Of a stretch of DNA of 32,862 nt, positions 1-8,761 are shown piece after piece. The DNA comes from an uncultured archaeon (GTDB taxonomy: Archaea > Asgardarchaeota > Lokiarchaeia > Sigyniarchaeales > SOKP01), in contig CAZBPC010000030.1 in assembly GCA_964493715.1 (NCBI GenBank), positions 1 through 32,862 of the forward strand. Direction: 5' to 3'. Positions within the stretch are counted from its first letter, which is position 1. Each line of letters starts with the position of its first letter. The notes beneath the pieces are model-generated. The model worked only from the letters and a program-made list of their open reading frames with translations. It had not been told where the DNA came from and did no database searches. Made by a program: the position numbers and the translations under genes.

Positions 1-145
1 AATTGATTAACCCCTCCTCTTTAAATTGCTCTAAAACAGGAGTTAATAATTTACACGGTCCACACCATTCAGAAGATAAATTAACAATAAGCTTGCCCTC
101 AGTAGGGCCATCAATTCCGTATTTTTTTAAATCATCAATTTTCAT
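1..145 (-). CDS. trxA: Thioredoxin, 3'-truncated by the window edge and absent from the ORF track
   Basis: Manual translation from ATG at 145: MKIDDLKKYGIDGPTEGKLIVNLSSEWCGPCKLLTPVLEQFKEEGLIN..., with the canonical WCGPC active site. Confidence 0.9.
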   Translation of the reverse strand, partial: MKIDDLKKYGIDGPTEGKLIVNLSSEWCGPCKLLTPVLEQFKEEGLIN

Positions 146-150
146 ATACT

Positions 151-159
151 ACCCTCCTT
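151..159 (-). promoter_or_regulatory. Shine-Dalgarno site for the thioredoxin gene
   Basis: Minus strand reads AAGGAGGGT 5 nt upstream of the ATG at 145. Confidence 0.7.
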
Positions 160-310
160 AACAAATTACATGGTTTTTTTAGCTCATGGAGCAATTCAGA
201 AACCGAACATATTAATATAATCAAACAAAATTAGATATTTAAGGATTATGAATTATCATTCAAAACGAATTAGAATTCATCAGTGGAATTTAATTTTTAA
301 AAAAAAAAGG

Positions 311-865
311 TTAGATTTTTGAACCACAATTTTCGCAAAATTGAGCACTTTCGCGAAGTTGCTGGCCACAATATACACAATAATTTTTATTATTTGTCGG
401 TATAGGGGCTTCTATTTTTTTAGGGGGTGCAATAAAATCATTTGAGACCTTGTATTCAACTCCTTCTCCTAACTCAATTTCTCCACTCTCTGAATTGAAT
501 TTATATTTGACATATCCTTTATCTCGTAGATCAACTAATACTCTTAGTACATCTTTTGGTTTTATTCCTACCTCTAATGCTATGTCTTCTAATTTATGAT
601 TACCTTGAAAATCTCTATCCATTAAAGCAACTCTAACTGCTTTTTGAAATTTCCGATTGGTATTAATTTGTGTAAATCCCCCAATCATTATGAAAAAAGC
701 TGGGATAAAGAGCCAATATCCCCAATAACTTAATCCTATAAAGTCGATTCGGAAAGTCATTAAAATAAGGGAAATCACACCGACAATTAAGAAGACAATA
801 CCTACTCCAAAAGTCTCCATTGGAGCCTCATATTTTTCTTTTGAATAATATCTTTCCTTGACCAT
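311..865 (-). CDS. Membrane protein with 2 TM helices, a winged-helix (PCI-like) domain and a C-terminal zinc ribbon
   Basis: Two hydrophobic N-terminal segments; LEDIALEVGIKPKDVLRVLVDLRDKGYV is wHTH-like; ends in CVYC-x10-CENC. Confidence 0.7.
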   Translation of the reverse strand: MVKERYYSKEKYEAPMETFGVGIVFLIVGVISLILMTFRIDFIGLSYWGYWLFIPAFFIMIGGFTQINTNRKFQKAVRVALMDRDFQGNHKLEDIALEVGIKPKDVLRVLVDLRDKGYVKYKFNSESGEIELGEGVEYKVSNDFIAPPKKIEAPIPTNNKNYCVYCGQQLRESAQFCENCGSKI

Positions 866-981
866 TTTATTTCACAATTAATAGTTTATATCACTATAAG
901 TTAAGTTTGTTAAAAAAAGGATCATTAGACCAATTTTAGAGATAATTAGACAAAATCAGATTAAAAAAATATAGAAAGGAT

Positions 982-2601
982 TTAGAAGATATTCATGGCC
1001 TTTCCAAGCCAATACACTACTAAATAGGAGTTAGGAATCACTTGTTTTAACCCGTCTCCAGATATATCACCACCCATTCCGGCCAATTTGCCATGTTCCC
1101 ACAGAAAGTGATGTACTCCCATTTCTGATACAGTTAAGGGTTTTAAATAGGTAGGCTCGTCAAACCCAAATTCGTCACCAATCCATTCGAATAAACTTCC
1201 AAAAGGGTGATTCGCAAAGAAATCATTCCATTTAGCTTTATTTGGTTCTATCTCCATCAGTCTAATTTCGGGGTTAAGGCTAGTATCACGGGTTGAGTTC
1301 GGACGCACTGACAAGTTATAATTCCTAATTCCTTCACCCCATCCTGAAGTATTATAGCGCCATAATTGATCAAGAATATCCCACTTAATTGTATCATCAT
1401 TATAGTCTGGATCTTCATAAACTGAAGAATCTGGGATCATTGACATGAAAGTTAAATGAACGATATTAAAAAAGGCATTACGATGATAACGTAAATAATC
1501 ATAAAAGCCATTTTCGAAATTTTTGATATAATGTTGTTGTAATTTGGGATTGTCTTCTAACATGATTAATGAAAACATTACATCCATGCTAAATGCTAAA
1601 GCGTATGTATCATAAAACGTATTTTGAGAACTGGAGCTCCCTGCCCCTACCATTGACATTACTTTTGTAGCTTCATATTGATAAAGCGAGTCGTATTTTT
1701 CAGGTGATGCTGTTGCACCGATTCGAAGTAATGTGAGACGCCATACGGTATCTGGAAAATAGACATTAAGATCCGATCCCACAGGTTCTCCTTCACCTCC
1801 TAAAACTAACCAATTGGTTTTTTTAAAACCTTCGATCATTTGTTCAGTTAACAGTCGAACTCTTTCCACGCACCATCGACTATCCTCATTTGCAGAGGGA
1901 TCAATAAATTTAAGTACACTTGATAGTCCCAAATAATAACCCGCTAATTCATCTCTACTTGTATGTAACCTCACACGCCAATTTTTATAAGGTCCTGTCC
2001 CATTAAAATGTCTGGGATCTTCTTGAAACAACCACTCATGATATTTTCTATTCTCTGGAGAAGAGACAAATCTTGCAGGCATCCCTGGATAATCGGGACC
2101 AATACCACCATTAGGTGCAGCTAACATGTTGCTGAATCCCGTAACACATTTCTTGACCATACGTGTAGCATTTGCTAATTCGTCAACATCCATCGAATCT
2201 AATGCTGTTTTATATCGAAAACATTGAGATGCTAAAGTATATCCCAAATGAAGGGCTCCATTATCAGTTCCCTCCCAAGAGGAGACTTCGCTATATGTAT
2301 CATTAGTAAATGTTACATCAACGCTTATATTAGAAGGCATGTGAAATTTTTCAAGTTGTAAATCGAATAGATCTGCCATTTTTTCCAAATTAGTTGCATT
2401 TCCTTCAATTTGAGCAAGGGGGATAAAATAAGCAGTATTAGGAGGATCTAAAGTATAGGTAAAGGATGCTACATCATCAATTATATAAAAAGCAAAACCC
2501 ACATAAGAAAAAAAACCAATAACAGGAAGAGCTAACAGAAATGAAACGACTATATATTTGTAAATTAGATGTTTTCTGGCTCGGATTCTCATATTAATCA
2601 C
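982..2601 (-). CDS. Membrane-anchored extracellular protein, possibly an alpha/alpha-toroid carbohydrate-active enzyme (start could be ATG 2592)
   Basis: 539-aa ORF with one N-terminal TM; motifs DNGALHLGYTLASQCFRY and TSRDELAGYY; aromatic/acidic rich; the fold is inferred. Confidence 0.5.
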   Translation of the reverse strand: MINMRIRARKHLIYKYIVVSFLLALPVIGFFSYVGFAFYIIDDVASFTYTLDPPNTAYFIPLAQIEGNATNLEKMADLFDLQLEKFHMPSNISVDVTFTNDTYSEVSSWEGTDNGALHLGYTLASQCFRYKTALDSMDVDELANATRMVKKCVTGFSNMLAAPNGGIGPDYPGMPARFVSSPENRKYHEWLFQEDPRHFNGTGPYKNWRVRLHTSRDELAGYYLGLSSVLKFIDPSANEDSRWCVERVRLLTEQMIEGFKKTNWLVLGGEGEPVGSDLNVYFPDTVWRLTLLRIGATASPEKYDSLYQYEATKVMSMVGAGSSSSQNTFYDTYALAFSMDVMFSLIMLEDNPKLQQHYIKNFENGFYDYLRYHRNAFFNIVHLTFMSMIPDSSVYEDPDYNDDTIKWDILDQLWRYNTSGWGEGIRNYNLSVRPNSTRDTSLNPEIRLMEIEPNKAKWNDFFANHPFGSLFEWIGDEFGFDEPTYLKPLTVSEMGVHHFLWEHGKLAGMGGDISGDGLKQVIPNSYLVVYWLGKAMNIF

Positions 2602-2673
2602 GTTATAGAGCTATGGTAATTATTTGTATTTATTAATATTTAAACTTTTAAAAGTAAAGATGGGATTAATCAC

Positions 2674-3774
2674 TTAATATATTTCCACACCATTACTAGT
2701 TTTAAGAATTTCTGCTTTTCCTCCGACTTTTTCAATAGCACTTATTAAAGCATCTTGGTCAGCAAGTGTTAGAGCAAACATTGTCCCTCCAAATCCAGAT
2801 CCATTAATTTTACCTCCCAGTGCACCTGCTTTAAGACTTGCTGATATCATATCATCAATTTTTTGAGTGGAAACTTGGATATCATCCTTTAAATTTTGAT
2901 GATGTAAGTTCAATAAATTACCTACTTGAACATAAAAATCTTTCAGTTGATTAGAATTTACTTTATTTATGTTCTGATAGTATTCATTGATTAAATTAAG
3001 AGCTATTTTAGTTAGATCTCTATTTCCCAAATTCCCAATTATATTTTTTCTGTATCTTTTTTCTATGCTTGGTAAGAAGGGAAGGACTTCATCAATCAAA
3101 GTTTTAAAGGGGTTGAAACTTGGCATGGATTCTTTTAATGTACGGAAACCTTCTAATGCCGTTTTTTTTATATTAATTAAATCTTCCACAGTACTCTTCT
3201 TTTCAAGAGAATTTCCCAAAACAAACCCTTTAAGTGATAAATCAAACGTAGTGAGATTGGGTTTTGAATTTATTTGTTCTAAATATATTAATTTCCCAAA
3301 TGCAGCAGTAAAATGGTCCATCATTCCCCCAGCTTCATTAAATTCCCTAACCTCTGCATTATACCCCTCAAGTGCTAACTGAAATTTACTCAGCGCATGG
3401 TAGGTGATGTGATTAAGAAAATACAACCAACCGATTACTAATGCTGAAGAACTTGCTACTCCGGCATTTATAGGAATATCTCCTGTTATTGAAATTTCAT
3501 ACCCTTTTTGAAATCTGATTCCCATTCTTAAAAATAGATTATATGCACTCTTGATGTAATCCCTTTTTGATTGATATTCTAATTCCTTTTGATTCAAGAT
3601 AACTTCAATCTTTTCATTAGTATCTGGTAAGTTAATTATCAGTTTTGGTTCTGTTATTCTCTTTGCTTCGATGTAGATGTATTTAGATATAGCTAGTGAA
3701 ATTACAGGATAACCCAGATAATCTTGATGTTCACCAAAAAGGCATATTCGTCCGGGAGATTTTATTTTAATCAT
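2674..3774 (-). CDS. galK: Galactokinase-family GHMP sugar kinase
   Basis: PGRICLFGEHQDY sugar-binding motif, IPINAGVASSSA ATP loop, GSGFGG motif. Confidence 0.8.
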   Translation of the reverse strand: MIKIKSPGRICLFGEHQDYLGYPVISLAISKYIYIEAKRITEPKLIINLPDTNEKIEVILNQKELEYQSKRDYIKSAYNLFLRMGIRFQKGYEISITGDIPINAGVASSSALVIGWLYFLNHITYHALSKFQLALEGYNAEVREFNEAGGMMDHFTAAFGKLIYLEQINSKPNLTTFDLSLKGFVLGNSLEKKSTVEDLINIKKTALEGFRTLKESMPSFNPFKTLIDEVLPFLPSIEKRYRKNIIGNLGNRDLTKIALNLINEYYQNINKVNSNQLKDFYVQVGNLLNLHHQNLKDDIQVSTQKIDDMISASLKAGALGGKINGSGFGGTMFALTLADQDALISAIEKVGGKAEILKTSNGVEIY

Positions 3775-3955
3775 AACACACTAATTAAAAGAGTTTTATA
3801 TGCAATTTAAAAGTTCATACATATTATCACGATATCACATTTTTTTTTCTTTATGAGAACGTAAAAATTAATGTTAATATGTTAGCAGGTTTTATTTCAC
3901 TTTTTAAACATATTTTAAGAATACACATGAACCAAATTGAATTGGAAAATAACCC

Positions 3956-4705
3956 ATGATACACGACTTCATAATTATAAAAGATGGATTACCACTTTTA
4001 GTAAAGAATTTTTCCAATCCAAGTAATGTTTTTTGTCACAGTGATTCTTTAATTATGATATCTGGGTTTTTCACTGCTTTAAATTCTTTCTCCGATTCGT
4101 TTGAGGATTTAGGTACCATTAGTGAACTAAAACTATCAAATAATGAATTAAAGTTATCGTTTTTAAAGGATGGTAGTATCCCAAATTTAATTTACCTCGC
4201 AACTTATGACGATTCTTCAAAAGCAGTAAATGTTCAAAGAGTTTTACGGAAAATCTCTAAAACTTTTTTAAAGAAATATAATATCAATCAAATACTGAAC
4301 TGGAATGGAAGGAGAAATGCTTTTAAGTCTTTTGATGAGACTTTAGAAAATTATCAATATGAAGAAATCGAAGAAAATGACGCAAACTTCAAAGAAAGAG
4401 TAATAGATCTTTTCAAAAATGTAGAAGAAAAATTAAATGAAGAATCAAATTTAATAGCTTTAAAAGGTAAATTAGATCCTTCATCTGATTTACCATATTA
4501 TTGCAATCAAATTCCCCGTTTCATAATTACAAAAAAAATTAATCCAAAATATTATCTCACAGGTGAAACGTCACACAACGTTTTTTATCAAATTAATGGG
4601 ATGAAATCAATTGAACACATTTCAAAAAGTTTGGATTTAGAATATCCTCAAGTATATAATATTTGTAAAAACCTCATTAAATTAGGTTTTATAACACTGG
4701 ACTAA
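3956..4705 (+). CDS. Longin-like domain plus C-terminal winged helix (NPRL2-like architecture)
   Basis: N-terminal FIIIKDGLPLL...MISGFFTALNSFS longin-type pattern; C-terminal QINGMKSIEHISKSLDLEYPQVYNICKNLIKLGFI wHTH. Confidence 0.7.
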   Translation: MIHDFIIIKDGLPLLVKNFSNPSNVFCHSDSLIMISGFFTALNSFSDSFEDLGTISELKLSNNELKLSFLKDGSIPNLIYLATYDDSSKAVNVQRVLRKISKTFLKKYNINQILNWNGRRNAFKSFDETLENYQYEEIEENDANFKERVIDLFKNVEEKLNEESNLIALKGKLDPSSDLPYYCNQIPRFIITKKINPKYYLTGETSHNVFYQINGMKSIEHISKSLDLEYPQVYNICKNLIKLGFITLD

Positions 4706-4712
4706 TCTAAGA

Positions 4713-5015
4713 TTAATGAATTCTTTTTTGATGTCTTTTTTTACTCTTTCGCATTTTTTCTTCAATTTCGTCTGTGAGAGCTTTTAAAGCTTGAGCATCT
4801 TTACTTTCAAGTTTAAAAACCCCCTCAATTTTACTTTCTTCTTTGTCACCAGACTTGCTTATTTTTTCGAATGATAGTTTTACTGGTTCTTTTTGACTTA
4901 TAGCAAGATTTAAATAATTAATTAATCCAATGTGTTTAGAAGGAGCAATGGTGAATTTAATAGAAATTTCACTTCCATTATTAGTTGTAGTTGTAAGAAC
5001 TAATCGTAATTTCAC
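4713..5015 (-). CDS. Small hypothetical protein, paralog of 5027-5251, with an extra basic C-terminal helix
   Basis: GTG start with GGGGA upstream; collinear similarity to the neighbouring ORF. Confidence 0.8.
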   Translation of the reverse strand: MKLRLVLTTTTNNGSEISIKFTIAPSKHIGLINYLNLAISQKEPVKLSFEKISKSGDKEESKIEGVFKLESKDAQALKALTDEIEEKMRKSKKRHQKRIH

Positions 5016-5026
5016 AATTATTCCCC

Positions 5027-5251
5027 CTAGTTTTCAATTTTATGCAGATTAAAGGTACCTTCTATTAAATTTTCTTCTTTATTGCCAGATGTATCGATTT
5101 TTTCAAGTGATAATTTTACAGATTTATTTTGAGTTAAAGCGAGATTTAAAAAATTAATAAATCCCAGATGCTTGGAAGGAGTAACATTGAATTTAATTGA
5201 AACAGGTTTACCTCTCTTAGTTAATGTCTTTAATACTATACGCAACTTCAT
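5027..5251 (-). CDS. Small hypothetical protein, paralog of 4713-5015
   Basis: Shared MKLR.VL.T, SIKF...PSKH.G.IN.LNLA, VKLS.EKI..SG.KEE..IEG.F.L. Confidence 0.8.
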   Translation of the reverse strand: MKLRIVLKTLTKRGKPVSIKFNVTPSKHLGFINFLNLALTQNKSVKLSLEKIDTSGNKEENLIEGTFNLHKIEN

Positions 5252-5356
5252 TTGTGCATAATCCTAGATTTTAAATTATTACTATCAAAAAAAAATATAT
5301 TACTGTATTAAATAATAAAGTATTATATAAATTAAAAAGAATTTCAAGATTTCAAC

Positions 5357-6148
5357 ATGTCTTCTAATCTATTTACGTATAAATTCAAAAATGACCAATG
5401 GCATAATGCTGACGGTATCAATGAAAGTGATATTGTTGTTATTGTAGATTCATCTAGGAATATAATTTGGTATTTTGAAGGGAGAAATAGTTCTGCTAGA
5501 AAACGAATTAATGCTAGAGGATTATTAGGAGAGCTTAAAAACAAGCATGCAGGATATAAATTCAAAAAGATAACGAGGAATACTCCAAGAGATATTATAC
5601 GAGAAATTCAGATTTTAAAAGAACAATTTTTTGCATCAACAATTAAACACCTAAATGTCGATATATCAAAAATTTCTAGGATATATTTCTATTTAAATGC
5701 ATTTGGGAATCTCCTTATCATTATATCTCTTACAATAATTATTCTCTTAATAGGAAATCCTGGAACTCGAATTTATGAGAATTATATGCATTTCTCAATC
5801 AGATTTGTTGATTTTGAAATGGTATTTACGATTTTATCGTTGCTTTCATTGATTTCGTTTTTATTATTCATACTTTCTGGTTTTATTGTTTTAATTCTCA
5901 AACAAAAAATTGTTGCAACCTATAATATATTTGGGAGCATTCTCGTCTTCATAGCGTTTTATATGATTAGTACGTGGTCTAATATTCTTTATTTCGAAAT
6001 TGATTATCAAATTATTTTAATCAGAATAGATGTCTTCACATTATTTGTACTTACCCTTGCTATTTTGTACATAATAAGTCTTTTTATAGGTTTTGTGATG
6101 AGTATTATTGGATTTAAAAAAGTCGAACATGCTATTGAAGAAGAATAG
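5357..6148 (+). CDS. Gelsolin-like domain fused to about 4 transmembrane helices
   Basis: INESDIVVIVDSSRNIIWYFEGRNSSARKRINA resembles the gelsolin repeat core; hydrophobic C-terminal half. Confidence 0.6.
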   Translation: MSSNLFTYKFKNDQWHNADGINESDIVVIVDSSRNIIWYFEGRNSSARKRINARGLLGELKNKHAGYKFKKITRNTPRDIIREIQILKEQFFASTIKHLNVDISKISRIYFYLNAFGNLLIIISLTIIILLIGNPGTRIYENYMHFSIRFVDFEMVFTILSLLSLISFLLFILSGFIVLILKQKIVATYNIFGSILVFIAFYMISTWSNILYFEIDYQIILIRIDVFTLFVLTLAILYIISLFIGFVMSIIGFKKVEHAIEEE

Positions 6149-6171
6149 ATATTATAAGAGTTTATGATATT

Positions 6172-6792
6172 ATGGGTTCTAAATTCCGTTTGCGAAGACT
6201 TTTTAAACCAATTATCAACTTTTTGGCTAGAACATTAAGTAAAATTGGTCTATCTGCGAATGGTGCAACTATTACGATGTTAACATGTTCAATCATCAGT
6301 TTTTTAGTGCTAATTTTTTTTTCTAATTATGTATGGTTTTCAATTTTTGTTTTTTTAACAGGTATGTTTGATGGAATTGATGGTGCTATAGCACGATTAA
6401 GAAATAAGACATCTCGATTTGGAGGAGTATTTGATTCAACAATGGATAGGTTAAGTGAATTTTTTATATTCCTCGCTCTTTTAATAAATCGTTGGGATGA
6501 ACATTTATGGATTATTATCGATATGAAGTTGATAATTATCCTTTCTTACTTCGCTTCAATAATGATTAGTTATTCAAGATCCAGAGCCCAAATTTTATAC
6601 AATGGAGACTTTGATATTGGTCTTATGGCAAGGTCTGAAAGATTATTCTATATTTTCGTCACTACATTAATTTCATTTTATTTTGGTTATTTTAATGAAT
6701 TAATTCTATTATTTTTATTGTTAGTTATTGCTACAGCAATATTCAGATTTTTAAAAATTTATAAGGTAATATTAAACTCAGAAAAGAACTAA
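6172..6792 (+). CDS. CDP-alcohol phosphatidyltransferase (archaetidylinositol-phosphate synthase/PgsA family)
   Basis: DGIDGAIAR...GGVFDSTMDR signature; SYSRSRA and ARSER. Confidence 0.9.
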   Translation: MGSKFRLRRLFKPIINFLARTLSKIGLSANGATITMLTCSIISFLVLIFFSNYVWFSIFVFLTGMFDGIDGAIARLRNKTSRFGGVFDSTMDRLSEFFIFLALLINRWDEHLWIIIDMKLIIILSYFASIMISYSRSRAQILYNGDFDIGLMARSERLFYIFVTTLISFYFGYFNELILLFLLLVIATAIFRFLKIYKVILNSEKN

Positions 6793-6801
6793 TAATAGAT
6801 A

Positions 6802-7506
6802 TCATTTTTTATAGAACTCGATTATTAATTTATCACCATCTTTTAAATTAAATAAATCTCTTAAATATGGTTTAGCTAAAATTTCAATAGTATTCTTATC
6901 GTGATGAGTTCTCTGTATGTCTAATATTGCTGCTTTTCTTCGCAGATTTCTATCATCTAATCGTGATATAAACACATCGTAACATTTTACCGGACCATAT
7001 TCTCTATTTTGATCTTTAAATCCTTCAATAATTACAGGAGCTATAGTATCTAATTTTTCTCTCAAAATTGAGATACCTGTATCACTCAATAGCAAATTTA
7101 AAGTACCCTTGAATGGTTCAAATCCTAATTTATTTTTAAATTGATCATAATAACCTTTAATAGACACATAATAACCACCTTCATGCATACCCTCACGAAC
7201 TACACCAACAATTAGGATTGATTCAAGTAGACTTTTAAGGTTTTTATATATATTCAGCATCACAGTCGATCCTTTTTTAGTGATAGAAATTGTCTGAGAT
7301 TTTCCCTCAACTTTTCTTTCTATCCATCCTAATTGATCTAAATCATTGATTCTCCGATTTGCCGTCTGTTGACTTAGATTGAGCAATTCTCCAAACTCTA
7401 TACTACTTATTTGAATTGACTTTTCGTGTTTTATTAGTTGGCATAATTTTAATAAAGCAAACCAATTAGCATAATTATCAGGGGAAATTTCTTCATTATT
7501 TTCCAT
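6802..7506 (-). CDS. ribK: CTP-dependent riboflavin kinase with N-terminal HTH (RbkR-type)
   Basis: SQQTANRRINDL HTH; GMHEGGYY, LGFEPFKGTLNL, EILAKPYLRDLFNLKDGD. Confidence 0.92.
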   Translation of the reverse strand: MENNEEISPDNYANWFALLKLCQLIKHEKSIQISSIEFGELLNLSQQTANRRINDLDQLGWIERKVEGKSQTISITKKGSTVMLNIYKNLKSLLESILIVGVVREGMHEGGYYVSIKGYYDQFKNKLGFEPFKGTLNLLLSDTGISILREKLDTIAPVIIEGFKDQNREYGPVKCYDVFISRLDDRNLRRKAAILDIQRTHHDKNTIEILAKPYLRDLFNLKDGDKLIIEFYKK

Positions 7507-7518
7507 GATTATTCAGAG

Positions 7519-7971
7519 CTATTTAATTCGAAATCTTTCTAAAATTTTTTGCTTTATTAGTCGAGAAGAATGTAATTCACATTTATCATAATAAGATTGA
7601 AGACGTTGAATTTTTATATGTGCTAACCCATGATCTTTTAATCCCTTCTCTAAGGTAGCTATATCATATTTCTGATTGGGACCTAATAATATAATATCAG
7701 GATTAATTTCTTCAACTGTTTTAAGAGTATCGTTATCACTTCGACCAAGTCTAGCAACTTTTACATTTTTAATTCCTTTAATCACTTCCAATCTTTGCTC
7801 TTGAGGAACAATTGGAGCTTCACCCGAATATAATTCCCGATTTTTATCGGTTGATACAATGACACAAACATCTCCCAGTTTCGCGGCTTCATTGATTAAA
7901 AAAAGATGTCCGGGATGGATTAAATCAAATGTTCCAGCAACTAATATCTTTTTATTCATAAATTCCATCAT
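7519..7971 (-). CDS. ribL: Archaeal FAD synthase (HxGH nucleotidyltransferase)
   Basis: AGTFDLIHPGH, PDIILLGPNQ, SSRLIK; adjacent to ribK. Confidence 0.85.
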   Translation of the reverse strand: MMEFMNKKILVAGTFDLIHPGHLFLINEAAKLGDVCVIVSTDKNRELYSGEAPIVPQEQRLEVIKGIKNVKVARLGRSDNDTLKTVEEINPDIILLGPNQKYDIATLEKGLKDHGLAHIKIQRLQSYYDKCELHSSRLIKQKILERFRIK

Positions 7972-8020
7972 TCAGTCTTAAGTATTAATCTGTAACTCTA
8001 ATCAAAGTAATATTAATCTT

Positions 8021-8644
8021 TTATTTTTTGAAATCGATATTTTTTTCTATACAGTTTTTTAAATTATTCATTTGGAGCGTTATTGAAATGTCTCCTCGTG
8101 TTTTTTCTATAATTCCTCTTACTTTGTCTGTTTTTTGCCTTAAATCTTGAGTTAACCCAGAAGGATAATCAATTGAAAAGAGTTCTGTATAAATTTCATC
8201 CATAGAGTCCAAAATTCTTGTTAAATCTTGTATATTTGAATCGCGGATATTATCTAATACATATCTTCTAAGTTCTCCAATTACATCAGCTAATCCTAAT
8301 GCATAATTAAGAGGATCAATTTTTAATTCGCTAGGGGAGGGAAGGTCTTTGTTATTAATAATAGTATATAATGAAATTGCTTCAGCATACTCTTGTTCTG
8401 GCACTTTTAGATATTTGGAAAAAGCTCCAACGTCTTTAGCAATAAGCTGTTGTAAGTTTATCAAATTCAATTGAATACTATTAATTTTATCTTGATAGAG
8501 ATTTACTTCATTTCTATGTATATTCTTAATTGCAATACTACAATCTCGAACAATTTGCCGAGATTTCTTCAGAATTTCTTCCCTACCATTATCTAGTTTA
8601 TCTAAAATTTCTATTAATTCAGAGAAAATTACTTTAAGATTCAT
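8021..8644 (-). CDS. Translin/TRAX family (C3PO-like) RNase
   Basis: REEILKKSR, QEYAEA, YALGLADVIGELRR, LRQKTD. Confidence 0.85.
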   Translation of the reverse strand: MNLKVIFSELIEILDKLDNGREEILKKSRQIVRDCSIAIKNIHRNEVNLYQDKINSIQLNLINLQQLIAKDVGAFSKYLKVPEQEYAEAISLYTIINNKDLPSPSELKIDPLNYALGLADVIGELRRYVLDNIRDSNIQDLTRILDSMDEIYTELFSIDYPSGLTQDLRQKTDKVRGIIEKTRGDISITLQMNNLKNCIEKNIDFKK

Positions 8645-8761
8645 GTGAATAGATAAATATTTTAGTTATTATTAATTTGAAAGTTAATTGTAGGTAATTA
8701 TCAAAAGTATTTAGAATTTTTTATAATTTAATGGTAAGAGTCGCAAAGAAGAGAGAAAATC

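Noticed and set aside
2987-3382. 131-aa + strand ORF, and similar antisense ORFs at 5344-5565, 11625-11861, 12244-12474, 13151-13393, 17871-18053, 18379-19218, 22249-22437, 24044-24274, 24812-24994, 27719-28187 and 28982-29314
   Set aside because: Shadow ORFs opposite better-supported genes, with no recognisable motifs
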